This document shows, one piece after another, positions 1-10,195 of a stretch of 49,715 nucleotides of DNA. The position numbers and the translations under genes are program-made. Each line of letters begins with the position of its first letter. Position 1 is the stretch's first letter. This DNA comes from a virus (lineage: Duplodnaviria > Heunggongvirae > Uroviricota > Caudoviricetes), in IMG/VR virus record IMGVR_UViG_2851949629_000006, positions 1 through 49,715 of that record. One strand, 5' to 3'. The notes under the pieces are model-generated. The model saw only the letters and a program-made list of their open reading frames with translations, was not told where the DNA came from and made no database searches.

Positions 1-1257
1 GTGCTTACCGATACAAAATTAAAAAACCTCAAGCCGCAGGACAAACTGTACAAGGTCTCCGATCGTGACGGGCTGTATGTAGCTGTGCTTACGTCAGGCA
101 CGGTCTCGTTTCGCTATGACTACCGTATCAACGGTCGCCGCGAAACACTGGTAATCGGGCAGTATGGGCGTGACGGTATCAGCCTGGCAGAAGCGCGAGA
201 AGAACTGATTGCTGCAAAGAAGCTGCTTAAAGCAGGCCAGTCACCGGCTGCGGCTAAACGTGACGGTATCAAAAAGATTCGTGGTGCCGAGACGTTTGCG
301 GTACATACCGACAGTTATATGAAACACGTCATCCTGGCTGACAGTACCCGCGCAATGAAACAGGCGGTGATCGACCGTGACATACTTCCGGTTCTTGGCA
401 ATAAAATGATGGCTGAAATTACCACATCGATGGTTCGTGATTTGTGTGACCGGATTGTCGAACGCGGTGGCCGGGCAACAGCAGTGCAGGCCAGGGAGAT
501 CATCAGTAGCGTATACCGTCACGCCAATGACCGTGGTCATGGTTTGTTTAATCCTGCGGCTGACATTAAACCTTCGTCTATCGCCATATTTAAACCACGA
601 GAGCGAACACTGACACCAGAAGAAATTGGCCTGTTCTTCCGCACGCTGGATGCCATTGGTGCTATGGGCACTATGAAAATGGCTTTAAAACTGGTGCTTA
701 TCACTATGGTTCGTAAGGGCGAATTCACCAATGCAACGTGGGATGAAATAGATTTTAAAAAATGGACATGGACAATTCCTTCAGACCGCATGAAGGGAAG
801 CCGGGCGCACGTTATTTACCTGCCTAAACAGGCACAGGATATATTGGTTGGGTTGCAGATGTGCGCTGGTGGAAGTGAATATCTGGTTCCTGGTCGTTAC
901 AATTTCCGGAAGCCATTATCTAATGCCGCGCTGAACTCTCTGATCGACAGAACGGTGAAAATAATAAATGAAGATGGTGAGCATATTCAGGGCTTCACCG
1001 TACACGATATGCGCCGTACAGCCAGTACGTTGTTGCATGAGGCTGGTTATCCTTCAGACTGGATTGAAAAGGCTCTGGCACATGAGCAGAAAGGTGTGCG
1101 CGCCGTATATAACAAAGCGGAATACGCCAGACAGCGCGCCTACATGTTGCAGCAGTGGGCCGATATGATTGATTCCTGGATTAACGGGGAGCATACGGAT
1201 CTGATTCCGTTCTCCCCGTCGAAGTTTGAGAAGTGGATGGAAGACAGTAATAAATAA
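1..1257 (+). CDS. P4-type tyrosine integrase; 5' end probably cut by the window edge (ORF opens with GTG at position 1)
   Basis: N-terminal LTDTKLKNLKP...FRYDYR arm-binding-like region and C-terminal HDMRRTAST (H-x-x-R) plus downstream Tyr, as in P4-like integrases. Converges on the phosphatase remnant. Confidence 0.8.
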   Translation: MLTDTKLKNLKPQDKLYKVSDRDGLYVAVLTSGTVSFRYDYRINGRRETLVIGQYGRDGISLAEAREELIAAKKLLKAGQSPAAAKRDGIKKIRGAETFAVHTDSYMKHVILADSTRAMKQAVIDRDILPVLGNKMMAEITTSMVRDLCDRIVERGGRATAVQAREIISSVYRHANDRGHGLFNPAADIKPSSIAIFKPRERTLTPEEIGLFFRTLDAIGAMGTMKMALKLVLITMVRKGEFTNATWDEIDFKKWTWTIPSDRMKGSRAHVIYLPKQAQDILVGLQMCAGGSEYLVPGRYNFRKPLSNAALNSLIDRTVKIINEDGEHIQGFTVHDMRRTASTLLHEAGYPSDWIEKALAHEQKGVRAVYNKAEYARQRAYMLQQWADMIDSWINGEHTDLIPFSPSKFEKWMEDSNK

Positions 1258-1259
1258 TT

Positions 1260-1549
1260 CTATCCTTCCTGGACTTTGGTAAGCGTCAGATTTCCGCAGA
1301 ACACTGCGCCGGTGTCGATGTACATCTGGTTTGCATACACCAGTGGGTGATGTGCTGGCGTATGACCGAAGATGAACAAATCGGCACCGGTTATCTCCGA
1401 GACAATACCGTCCTGCGCGTCGCTAACCCGCTCACGATTCCATATCACCATTTCTTCTGGTACTGGCTTATCGAATGCGTATTCGTTGTGCGGGTAGTCT
1501 GCGTGACAGATGACGACCTTCTTATTGCCGGTAACCAGTTCGATAATCA
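1260..1549 (-). pseudogene. C-terminal fragment of a phage Ser/Thr protein phosphatase (lambda PPase-like), separated from its N-terminal part by the IS66 insertion
   Basis: Translation ...[32 protein letters not shown]...[17 protein letters not shown] matches my recollection of the lambda phosphatase C-terminus. Fragment ends exactly at the IS terminus at 1550. Confidence 0.7.
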
Positions 1550-1579
1550 GTAAGCGTCAACGGAGCACCGTATTGACGC

Positions 1580-2113
1580 TTATTTATTAGTGAGTACTAC
1601 GTTCCATGGCAGGAGTTCGTCAACTCGGTTGGAAGGCCATTCCGGCAGTACGCTCAGGATATGGCGCAGATACGCTTCCGGATCGATACCATTCAACCGG
1701 CAGGTGCCGATCAGCCCGTACAACAGTGCACCACGCTCGCCGCCGTGATCGCTACCGAAGAACACGTAATTTTTCTTTCCGAGACAGACTGCACGAAGCG
1801 CTCTTTCCGCTGTGTTATTGTCCGCCTCCGCCAGACCGTCATCACAGAAGTTGCACAACGCAACCCAGTGCTTCCTGATATACCGGAACGCATCTCTCAG
1901 ACGGCATTTTTTCGATAACGTGTGTTCTTTCTCCTGCATCAGCTTATACAGGGAAGTCAGTAGCGGTTTACTCTGCATTTGCCTGACCGCCAGGCGTTCA
2001 GACACCGGCAACCCGCGTATTTCGTGCTCAATGGCGTACAGTTCGCCGATTAGTTTCAGTGCTTCTTCCGCCGTCGCGCTTTTGGTACTGATATATACAT
2101 CGTGGATTTTGCG
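1580..2113 (-). pseudogene. tnpC: IS66 transposase TnpC, C-terminal fragment of copy 3 (cut by copy 2 insertion)
   Basis: ORF translation aligns with the C-terminal ~140 aa of the full 537-aa TnpC but with substitutions; reading frame runs up to the copy-2 terminus at 2114. Confidence 0.75.
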
Positions 2114-2143
2114 GTAAGCGTTAACGGAGTGCCGTATTGACGC

Positions 2144-3757
2144 TTATTTATTGGTGAGTACTACGTTCCATGGCAGGAGTTCGTCAACTCGGTTGGAAGG
2201 CCATTCCGGCAGTACGCTCAGGATATGGCGCAGATACGCTTCCGGATCGATACCGTTCAGTCGGCAGGTGCTGATCAGCCCGTACAACAGTGCTCCTCGC
2301 TCGCCGCCGTGATCGCTGCCGAAGAACATAAAGTTTTTCTTTCCGAGACAGACTGCACGAAGCGCTCTTTCCGCAGCATTATTATCCGCCTCCGCCAGAC
2401 CGTCATCACTGTAATAACAGAGGGCATCCCACTGATTCAGTACATAGCTGAACGCTTCGCCCAGTCTGGATTTTTTCGACAGCGTACCATTCTTCTCCAC
2501 CATCCATTCATGCAGCGACGTCAGTAACACTTTGCTTCGCTGCTGCCTGACGGCAAGACGCTCTGACTCCGGTAATCCCCGTATTTCATCCTCGATGGCG
2601 TACAGTTCACTGATTCGCTTCAGGGCTTCTTCTGCCGTCGCACTTTTGCTGCTGATGTATACATCGTGGATTTTTCGCCGGGCATGGGCCCAGCACGCAA
2701 CTTCTGTCAGTGCACCACCTTCACGTTCTGCACTGAACAACCTGTCGTAACCTGTGAACGCATCCGCCTGCAGGATACCCCGGAAGGGGCGGAGGTGTTG
2801 CTCCGGGTGTTTCCCCTGCCGGTTCGGCGAGTACGCGAACCAGACCGCTGGAGGAGATGACGAACCCACATTGCGATCATCCCGGACATACGTCCAGATA
2901 CGCCCTGTTTTCGCCTTTTTCTGACCCGGTGCCAGTACCTTTACCGGTGTGTCATCAGTGTGAACCTTGCGGGTGTTCATTACATAACGGTACAGGGCAT
3001 CATTCACCGGTGTCATTAACTGGCAGCACGCGTCAACCCAGTTGGAGAGTAAGGCCCGGCTCAGTTCGACACCCTGGCGGGCAAAGATTTCACTCTGACG
3101 ATACAGTGGCAGATGTTCGCAGTATTTTCCCGTTAACACGCGGGCAAGTAATCCGGGGCCCGCGATACCACGCTCTATCGGGCGGGACGGCGCCGGTGCT
3201 TCAACAATACAGTCACATTTTGTACAGGCTTTTTTTACCCGTTCTGTGCGGATCACTTTCAGGGCACTGCTCACCAGTTCCAGCTGTTCAGCGCTGACTT
3301 CCCCCAGATAATCCAGCTCACCGCCACACTCCGGGCAACAGCTTTCTTCTGGCTCCAGGCGGTGTATTTCACGGGGAAGGTGTGCCGGTAACGGACGACG
3401 ATGGCGCGACTGTCGCAACTGGCGGGGAACCTGAGGATCGTCTTCCCGCCCACTGTAACGATCGCTGTCCTGTTCACGTTGTTTCAGCAGAGCCTCAGCC
3501 AGTTCAACTTCACGACGCAGTTTTTCAGAACGGGTACCGAACAGCATCCGGCGCAGTTTTTCTATCTGAGCCCGCAGATGTTCTATTTCCCGTTCATCTT
3601 CTTCGATCTTTTCTTCGGCACGTGTCAGTGCAGAGCGCAGGAAGGCTTCCGTCTCTTCAACCAGACTCAGTTGCTGGTCTTTCTGACGGAGGGCTTCAGC
3701 CTGCTCAGAGAGCAACCTTTCCAGCTCTGCGATGCGAATGAGGTATTTCTGACTCAT
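2144..3757 (-). CDS. tnpC: IS66 transposase TnpC (copy 2), 537 aa
   Basis: Full-length ORF; translation identical to the copy-1 TnpC; coiled-coil N-terminus, CxxC zinc motif and DDE-type core typical of IS66 TnpC. Confidence 0.85.
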   Translation of the reverse strand: MSQKYLIRIAELERLLSEQAEALRQKDQQLSLVEETEAFLRSALTRAEEKIEEDEREIEHLRAQIEKLRRMLFGTRSEKLRREVELAEALLKQREQDSDRYSGREDDPQVPRQLRQSRHRRPLPAHLPREIHRLEPEESCCPECGGELDYLGEVSAEQLELVSSALKVIRTERVKKACTKCDCIVEAPAPSRPIERGIAGPGLLARVLTGKYCEHLPLYRQSEIFARQGVELSRALLSNWVDACCQLMTPVNDALYRYVMNTRKVHTDDTPVKVLAPGQKKAKTGRIWTYVRDDRNVGSSSPPAVWFAYSPNRQGKHPEQHLRPFRGILQADAFTGYDRLFSAEREGGALTEVACWAHARRKIHDVYISSKSATAEEALKRISELYAIEDEIRGLPESERLAVRQQRSKVLLTSLHEWMVEKNGTLSKKSRLGEAFSYVLNQWDALCYYSDDGLAEADNNAAERALRAVCLGKKNFMFFGSDHGGERGALLYGLISTCRLNGIDPEAYLRHILSVLPEWPSNRVDELLPWNVVLTNK

Positions 3758-3787
3758 GACCGTTTTTATAATGCGGTCAGGAGTTTT

Positions 3788-4070
3788 TTACAACATTGTC
3801 AGTGAGTTACGGCTGGATGTTTTTGGCTGACGCCAGTCCAGCTTATCGAGGAGCATTGCCAGTTGCGAGCGGGTAATGGATACCTTGCCGTCACGTACCG
3901 CAGGCCAGATAAACTGGCCTTCCTCCAGGCGTTTGGTGAACAGGCACAGACCATCAGCATCAGCCCAAAGAATTTTGACGGTGTCACCCCGTCGGCCACG
4001 GAAGATAAACAGGTGACCGGAGAAGGGATTATCATTCAGCACATGTTGTACCTGTTCTCCCAGTCCGTTG
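3788..4070 (-). pseudogene. tnpB: IS66 TnpB (orfB) of copy 2, C-terminal part, cut by copy 1
   Basis: Translation matches residues ~34-116 of intact TnpB (5745-6095); N-terminal remainder is at 6603-6678. Confidence 0.75.
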
Positions 4071-4100
4071 GTAAGCGTTAACGGAGTGCCGTATTGACGC

Positions 4101-5714
4101 TTATTTATTGGTGAGTACTACGTTCCATGGCAGGAGTTCGTCAACTCGGTTGGAAGGCCATTCCGGCAGTACGCTCAGGATATGGCGCAGATACGCTTCC
4201 GGATCGATACCGTTCAGTCGGCAGGTGCTGATCAGCCCGTACAACAGTGCTCCTCGCTCGCCGCCGTGATCGCTGCCGAAGAACATAAAGTTTTTCTTTC
4301 CGAGACAGACTGCACGAAGCGCTCTTTCCGCAGCATTATTATCCGCCTCCGCCAGACCGTCATCACTGTAATAACAGAGGGCATCCCACTGATTCAGTAC
4401 ATAGCTGAACGCTTCGCCCAGTCTGGATTTTTTCGACAGCGTACCATTCTTCTCCACCATCCATTCATGCAGCGACGTCAGTAACACTTTGCTTCGCTGC
4501 TGCCTGACGGCAAGACGCTCTGACTCCGGTAATCCCCGTATTTCATCCTCGATGGCGTACAGTTCACTGATTCGCTTCAGGGCTTCTTCTGCCGTCGCAC
4601 TTTTGCTGCTGATGTATACATCGTGGATTTTTCGCCGGGCATGGGCCCAGCACGCAACTTCTGTCAGTGCACCACCTTCACGTTCTGCACTGAACAACCT
4701 GTCGTAACCTGTGAACGCATCCGCCTGCAGGATACCCCGGAAGGGGCGGAGGTGTTGCTCCGGGTGTTTCCCCTGCCGGTTCGGCGAGTACGCGAACCAG
4801 ACCGCTGGAGGAGATGACGAACCCACATTGCGATCATCCCGGACATACGTCCAGATACGCCCTGTTTTCGCCTTTTTCTGACCCGGTGCCAGTACCTTTA
4901 CCGGTGTGTCATCAGTGTGAACCTTGCGGGTGTTCATTACATAACGGTACAGGGCATCATTCACCGGTGTCATTAACTGGCAGCACGCGTCAACCCAGTT
5001 GGAGAGTAAGGCCCGGCTCAGTTCGACACCCTGGCGGGCAAAGATTTCACTCTGACGATACAGTGGCAGATGTTCGCAGTATTTTCCCGTTAACACGCGG
5101 GCAAGTAATCCGGGGCCCGCGATACCACGCTCTATCGGGCGGGACGGCGCCGGTGCTTCAACAATACAGTCACATTTTGTACAGGCTTTTTTTACCCGTT
5201 CTGTGCGGATCACTTTCAGGGCACTGCTCACCAGTTCCAGCTGTTCAGCGCTGACTTCCCCCAGATAATCCAGCTCACCGCCACACTCCGGGCAACAGCT
5301 TTCTTCTGGCTCCAGGCGGTGTATTTCACGGGGAAGGTGTGCCGGTAACGGACGACGATGGCGCGACTGTCGCAACTGGCGGGGAACCTGAGGATCGTCT
5401 TCCCGCCCACTGTAACGATCGCTGTCCTGTTCACGTTGTTTCAGCAGAGCCTCAGCCAGTTCAACTTCACGACGCAGTTTTTCAGAACGGGTACCGAACA
5501 GCATCCGGCGCAGTTTTTCTATCTGAGCCCGCAGATGTTCTATTTCCCGTTCATCTTCTTCGATCTTTTCTTCGGCACGTGTCAGTGCAGAGCGCAGGAA
5601 GGCTTCCGTCTCTTCAACCAGACTCAGTTGCTGGTCTTTCTGACGGAGGGCTTCAGCCTGCTCAGAGAGCAACCTTTCCAGCTCTGCGATGCGAATGAGG
5701 TATTTCTGACTCAT
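4101..5714 (-). CDS. tnpC: IS66 transposase TnpC (copy 1), 537 aa
   Basis: Intact ORF, identical to 2144-3757. Confidence 0.85.
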   Translation of the reverse strand: MSQKYLIRIAELERLLSEQAEALRQKDQQLSLVEETEAFLRSALTRAEEKIEEDEREIEHLRAQIEKLRRMLFGTRSEKLRREVELAEALLKQREQDSDRYSGREDDPQVPRQLRQSRHRRPLPAHLPREIHRLEPEESCCPECGGELDYLGEVSAEQLELVSSALKVIRTERVKKACTKCDCIVEAPAPSRPIERGIAGPGLLARVLTGKYCEHLPLYRQSEIFARQGVELSRALLSNWVDACCQLMTPVNDALYRYVMNTRKVHTDDTPVKVLAPGQKKAKTGRIWTYVRDDRNVGSSSPPAVWFAYSPNRQGKHPEQHLRPFRGILQADAFTGYDRLFSAEREGGALTEVACWAHARRKIHDVYISSKSATAEEALKRISELYAIEDEIRGLPESERLAVRQQRSKVLLTSLHEWMVEKNGTLSKKSRLGEAFSYVLNQWDALCYYSDDGLAEADNNAAERALRAVCLGKKNFMFFGSDHGGERGALLYGLISTCRLNGIDPEAYLRHILSVLPEWPSNRVDELLPWNVVLTNK

Positions 5715-5744
5715 GACCGTTTTTATAATGCGGTCAGGAGTTTT

Positions 5745-6095
5745 TTACAACATTGTCAGTGAGTTACGGCGGGATGTTTTTGGCTGACGCCAGTCCAGTT
5801 TATCGAGGAGCATTGCCAGTTGCGAGCGGGTAATGGATACCTTGCCGTCACGTACCGCAGGCCAGATAAACTGGCCTTCCTCCAGGCGTTTGGTGAACAG
5901 GCACAGACCATCAGCATCAGCCCAAAGAATTTTGACGGTGTCACCCCGTCGGCCACGGAAGATAAACAGGTGACCGGAGAAGGGATTATCATTCAGCACA
6001 TGTTGTACCTGTTCTCCCAGTCCGTTGAAGGATTTACGCATATCGGTAACGCCGGCAACGAGCCAGATACGGGTACCTGATGGGAGTGAGATCAT
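5745..6095 (-). CDS. tnpB: IS66 accessory protein TnpB (orfB), copy 1
   Basis: 116-aa ORF between tnpA and tnpC, 4-bp overlap with tnpA; typical IS66 orfB size and position. Confidence 0.8.
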   Translation of the reverse strand: MISLPSGTRIWLVAGVTDMRKSFNGLGEQVQHVLNDNPFSGHLFIFRGRRGDTVKILWADADGLCLFTKRLEEGQFIWPAVRDGKVSITRSQLAMLLDKLDWRQPKTSRRNSLTML

Positions 6096-6517
6096 CTTCC
6101 CCTCCCGGTCAGTTCACGGATCAACACTGTGAGCAGCTCTGGCGATGGATTTTCCAGCGTCATGTTACCGTGACGGAATTCCACCTTGCAGGAACTGGCA
6201 CTGACTCTGGTCTGAGTGGAAGTGGATAAAGACGGCGCAATGGCCGCCACAGGTTCTTTCTGCTCATCCGGCGTTATTTCTACAGGTAATAATTCAACGC
6301 CAGTGTCAGAAGAGGTCGTTACCGGAAGACGCCGCGAAACACGCCCTTCGTTCTGCCAGAGCCTGAGCCATTTGAAAATAACATTATCATTGACGCCATT
6401 TTCACGTGCAATCTGTGCAACACAAGCTCCAGGTTGTGATGCCAGTTCCACCATACGAAGTTTGAATTCATTCGAATAGTTTTTACGAGGTTCTTTTCGC
6501 CAGTCCTGTAATTCCAT
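6092..6517 (-). CDS. tnpA: IS66 accessory protein TnpA (orfA), copy 1
   Basis: 141-aa ORF with a helix-turn-helix region (NEFKLRMVELASQPGACVAQIARENGV); first gene of the IS66 operon. Confidence 0.8.
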   Translation of the reverse strand: MELQDWRKEPRKNYSNEFKLRMVELASQPGACVAQIARENGVNDNVIFKWLRLWQNEGRVSRRLPVTTSSDTGVELLPVEITPDEQKEPVAAIAPSLSTSTQTRVSASSCKVEFRHGNMTLENPSPELLTVLIRELTGRGR

Positions 6518-6602
6518 ACTTAGATGTCCGTCTATATCAGATGGGCGTCTAAGTTACCAATTCTCGTCTGATGGCTACATACGGCGGTCAGTTTACGCTT
6601 AC

Positions 6603-6678
6603 GTCCGTTGAAGGATTTACGCATATCGGTAACGCCGGCAACGAGCCAGATACGGGTACCTGATGGGAGTGAGATCAT
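6603..6678 (-). pseudogene. tnpB: IS66 TnpB (orfB) of copy 2, N-terminal 25 codons, continues at 3788-4070
   Basis: Reverse complement encodes MISLPSGTRIWLVAGVTDMRKSFNG, identical to the TnpB N-terminus; interrupted at the GTCCGTTG duplication. Confidence 0.75.
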
Positions 6679-7100
6679 CTTCCCCTCCCGGTCAGTTCAC
6701 GGATCAACACTGTGAGCAGCTCTGGCGATGGATTTTCCAGCGTCATGTTACCGTGACGGAATTCCACCTTGCAGGAACTGGCACTGACTCTGGTCTGAGT
6801 GGAAGTGGATAAAGACGGCGCAATGGCCGCCACAGGTTCTTTCTGCTCATCCGGCGTTATTTCTACAGGTAATAATTCAACGCCAGTGTCAGAAGAGGTC
6901 GTTACCGGAAGACGCCGCGAAACACGCCCTTCGTTCTGCCAGAGCCTGAGCCATTTGAAAATAACATTATCATTGACGCCATTTTCACGTGCAATCTGTG
7001 CAACACAAGCTCCAGGTTGTGATGCCAGTTCCACCATACGAAGTTTGAATTCATTCGAATAGTTTTTACGAGGTTCTTTTCGCCAGTCCTGTAATTCCAT
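6675..7100 (-). CDS. tnpA: IS66 accessory protein TnpA (orfA), copy 2
   Basis: Identical translation to 6092-6517. Confidence 0.8.
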   Translation of the reverse strand: MELQDWRKEPRKNYSNEFKLRMVELASQPGACVAQIARENGVNDNVIFKWLRLWQNEGRVSRRLPVTTSSDTGVELLPVEITPDEQKEPVAAIAPSLSTSTQTRVSASSCKVEFRHGNMTLENPSPELLTVLIRELTGRGR

Positions 7101-7185
7101 ACTTAGATGTCCGTCTATATCAGATGGGCGTCTAAGTTACCAATTCTCGTCTGATGGCTACATACGGCGGTCAGTTTACGCTTAC

Positions 7186-8273
7186 ATTTTGCGCCGCGCA
7201 TGAGCCCAGCATCCTGCTTCCGTCAACGCGCCGCCTTCACGTTCGGCACTGAACAGCCGATCGTAACCTGCGAACGCATCTGCCTGCAGGATACCCCGGA
7301 AGGGACGAAGGTGTTGCTCCGGATGTTTACCCTGATGGTCCGGTGAGTAGGCGAACCAGACCGCCGGAGGTTCTGGCGAACCGGCATTTCGGTCATCCCG
7401 GACATACGTCCAGATATATCCTGTTTTCGCCTTCTTCCTGCCCGGTGCCAGTACTTTTACTGGTGTGTCATCAGTGTGAACCTTGCGGGTGTTCATCACA
7501 TAACTGTACAGGGCATCATTCAGCGGAGTCATTAACTGGCAGCACGCATCAACCCAGTTGGAGAGTAAGGCACGGCTCAGTTCGACACCCTGGCGGGCAA
7601 AGATTTCACTCTGACGATACAGTGGCAGGTGTTCGCAGTATTTTCCCGTTAACACGCGGGCAAGTAACCCCGGGCCCGCGATACCACGCTCTATCGGACG
7701 GGATGGTGCCGGTGCTTCAACGATGCAGTCACATTTTGTACAGGCTTTTTTTACCCGTTCTGTGCGGATCACTTTCAGGGCGCTGCTCACCAGCTCCAGT
7801 TGTTCTGCGCTGACTTCCCCCAGATAATCCAGCTCACCGCCACACTCCGGGCAACAGCTTTCTTCAGGCTCCAGGCGGTATATTTCACGGGGGAGATGTG
7901 CCGGTAACGGACGACGATGGCGCGACTGTCGCAACTGGCGGGGAACCAGCGGGTCATCCTCACGCCCACTGTAACGATCGCTTTCCTGCTCGCGTTGTTT
8001 CAGCAGGACTTCAGCCTGTTCAACCTCACTACGCAGTTTTTCAGAACGGGTTCCGAACAGCATCCGGCGCAGTTTTTCTATCTGAGCCCGCAGATGCTCT
8101 ATTTCTCGCTCATCTTCTTCGATCTTTTCTTCGGCACGTGCCAGTGCAGAGCGCAGGAAGGCCTCCGTCTCTTCAACCAGACTCAGTTGCTGGTCTTTCT
8201 GACGGAGGGCTTCAGCCTGCTCAGAGAGCAGCCTTTCCAGCTCAGCGATGCGAATGAGGTATTTCTGACCCAT
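7186..8273 (-). pseudogene. tnpC: IS66 transposase TnpC of copy 3, N-terminal ~360 codons (cut by copy 2)
   Basis: Translation MGQKYLIRIAELERLL... is a diverged homolog of copy 1/2 TnpC; ORF runs into the copy-2 terminus and stops 4 nt inside it. Confidence 0.75.
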
Positions 8274-8303
8274 GGCCGTTTTTATAATCCGGCCCGGCGT
8301 TTT

Positions 8304-8654
8304 TTACAACATTGTCAGTGCGTTAAGGCGGGATGTTTTTGGCTGACGCCAGTCCAGCTTATCGAGGAGCATTGCCAGTTGCGAGCGGGTAATGGATATC
8401 TTACCGTCATGCACCGCAGGCCAGATAAACTGACCTTCCTCAAGGCGTTTGGTGAACAGGCACAGACCATCAGCATCAGCCCACAGGATTTTAATCGTGT
8501 CTCCCCGTCGGCCACGGAAGATAAACAGGTGACCGGAGAAGGGGTTATCATCCAGCACATGCTGTATCTGCTCCCCCAGACCGTTGAAGGATTTACGCAT
8601 ATCAGTAACGCCGGCAACGAGCCAGATACGGGTACCTGATGGGAGTGAAATCAT
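8304..8654 (-). CDS. tnpB: IS66 accessory protein TnpB (orfB), copy 3
   Basis: 116-aa ORF, diverged homolog of copy-1 TnpB. Confidence 0.8.
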   Translation of the reverse strand: MISLPSGTRIWLVAGVTDMRKSFNGLGEQIQHVLDDNPFSGHLFIFRGRRGDTIKILWADADGLCLFTKRLEEGQFIWPAVHDGKISITRSQLAMLLDKLDWRQPKTSRLNALTML

Positions 8655-9088
8655 CGTCCCCTCCCGGTCAGCTCACGGATCAACACCGTGAGCAGCTCTG
8701 GTGAAGGATTTTCCAGCATCATTTTACCGTAATGGAATTCCACATGGCAGGAAGCTGCACAAGCAACTGATAATGCCTCCGGAGCAGGAGCATCTGTAGC
8801 ACAGCGCGGGGTGTCGATAAGTTCCACTGGAACCAGAGTCGGAGAGGCCGGAAAAGATTGTGATACTGTAGGGCCTACAATAGTTGGAGGCATTCTACGA
8901 GAAATACGTCCTTCTCTTTGCCAGAGGCGTAGCCATTTAAAAATCAGGTTGTTATCAACGCCATGTTCCCGGGCCAGTTGTGCAACATTGGCATTTGGTT
9001 TCGAAGCCAGTTCAACCATATGAAGTTTAAATTCATTAGAAAATATCCGGCGGGTTCCGGAGCGCCAGTCTGTAGGTTTATCCATCAA
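8651..9088 (-). CDS. tnpA: IS66 accessory protein TnpA (orfA), copy 3
   Basis: 145-aa ORF, diverged homolog of copy-1 TnpA (conserved NEFKL.MVELAS and FKWLRLWQ segments). Confidence 0.8.
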   Translation of the reverse strand: MMDKPTDWRSGTRRIFSNEFKLHMVELASKPNANVAQLAREHGVDNNLIFKWLRLWQREGRISRRMPPTIVGPTVSQSFPASPTLVPVELIDTPRCATDAPAPEALSVACAASCHVEFHYGKMMLENPSPELLTVLIRELTGRGR

Positions 9089-9170
9089 TAGAACTCCGTC
9101 TAATTTAGAAGGAGCTCTAATTTAGTCTGCAAGGAGCAGGTGTTACAGACGGCATTGGCTTTACGCTTAC

Positions 9171-9548
9171 GATAATCATCGGGAGGTTGGTAATCTTTGG
9201 CAGAAGGTATTTGAGTTGCACATCCTGCTCAGAATCAAGTTGGTGCCACCATCCACCGCCGTTTGACATCCAATGTCCGAAACTTCCGCCGTTGACCAGT
9301 GCATCCAGCATCATCTGCTCATGGTTGCCACGAACAGCTCGGAACCACGGCATAGTAATCAAATCCAGGCATTCGACGTTTTCAGCGCCGCGGTCAACAA
9401 GGTCACCAACGGAAATAAGTAAATCGCGCGCCGGGTCGAATGAAACTTTGTCGAGTTCGTTCATCAGCAGCGTGTAGCACCCATGCAGATCGCCGACGAC
9501 GAAGATATTGCACCAGTCAGCGCCATTGATGCGTTGATATAGGTTCAT
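9171..9548 (-). pseudogene. N-terminal fragment of phage Ser/Thr protein phosphatase, target of the IS66 insertion
   Basis: Canonical metallophosphoesterase motifs visible in the translation: [26 protein letters not shown] then runs into IS-derived codons before stopping. Confidence 0.75.
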
Positions 9549-10195
9549 GCTGCACGCTCCCGCCCCTGGTTGTCTATTGGTGACACCGGAGCATTGCTGA
9601 ATGCATTTGTTAATCCGCCAATATCCAACGCGTATCCGGGGTGTAGTTGCACTGCCGGGTCTTCACACTGATTACCCCAAACATCGAAGCCATGAGACGT
9701 CTGGCGGGCGAACAGTTCAATGCGAGAAACATCGCCTAACAATTGCACAAGTTTTTCACGAACGATATCTGGTTTTCTTGAGTGCTCAAGCCGCGGTGCG
9801 GTAAATGACTGAACGATCCCTGCATTAATGCGCGTAGGTAGTTTTCCCTTTACTGCAAACAGGCAATCTTCACTATTGGCGCGAGTCATGTGTCCCATAC
9901 CCATAACCAGTTTATCTGGTTGTCGACTACCACATTTTATCCACGTGAAGCCCTTCATGGTCATCAGACGGAATCCCCAGGCTTCAACAACTTTTAGTGC
10001 TTCGAGTGGTTGTGTTGGCACCCACCACATGGCCAACAGACAGTTTTCACCGGCCAAATCCCACACAGGAAGGCGGCAGATATCCAGCACACTCATAACC
10101 GGATATTTAAAACCGGCACCGCGATTACCATCTGTGGCTTTGTCCCGGTATGCCCAGGGTGGATCTGCATAGATTAGTGTGTATTTCTTAGTCAT
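9545..10195 (-). CDS. DNA methyltransferase, MT-A70/N6-adenine type
   Basis: N-terminal [10 protein letters not shown] (DPPW catalytic motif); start ATG at 10195 preceded by a GGTGG RBS; 4-bp overlap with the phosphatase start. Confidence 0.7.
   Translation of the reverse strand: MTKKYTLIYADPPWAYRDKATDGNRGAGFKYPVMSVLDICRLPVWDLAGENCLLAMWWVPTQPLEALKVVEAWGFRLMTMKGFTWIKCGSRQPDKLVMGMGHMTRANSEDCLFAVKGKLPTRINAGIVQSFTAPRLEHSRKPDIVREKLVQLLGDVSRIELFARQTSHGFDVWGNQCEDPAVQLHPGYALDIGGLTNAFSNAPVSPIDNQGRERAA

Larger units (their letters stand above)
4071..6602 (-). mobile_element. IS66-family element, copy 1 (innermost, intact), inserted in tnpB of copy 2; 8-bp duplication GTCCGTTG
   Basis: GTAAGCG at 4071-4077 and CGCTTAC at 6596-6602. 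Direct repeat GTCCGTTG at 4063-4070 and 6603-6610. Intact tnpA-tnpB-tnpC with 4-bp ATGA overlap between tnpA and tnpB. Confidence 0.85.
2114..7185 (-). mobile_element. IS66-family element, copy 2 (middle), inserted in tnpC of copy 3; itself interrupted by copy 1; 8-bp duplication ATTTTGCG
   Basis: GTAAGCG at 2114-2120 and CGCTTAC at 7179-7185. Direct repeat ATTTTGCG at 2106-2113 and 7186-7193. Left terminal 60 bp identical to copy 1. Confidence 0.8.
1550..9170 (-). mobile_element. IS66-family element, copy 3 (outer); itself interrupted by nested copy 2; flanked by 8-bp duplication GATAATCA
   Basis: Termini GTAAGCG at 1550-1556 and its reverse complement CGCTTAC at 9164-9170. Direct repeat GATAATCA at 1542-1549 and 9171-9178. 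Carries tnpA (8651-9088), tnpB (8304-8654) and a split tnpC. Confidence 0.8.

Noticed and set aside
2225-3297. Several plus-strand ORFs (100-146 aa) overlapping the IS66 transposase genes, repeated in each IS copy
   Set aside because: They are antisense to the full-length transposase, which has the coiled-coil, zinc motif and DDE-type core; their compositions look like antisense artefacts of a GC-rich gene.
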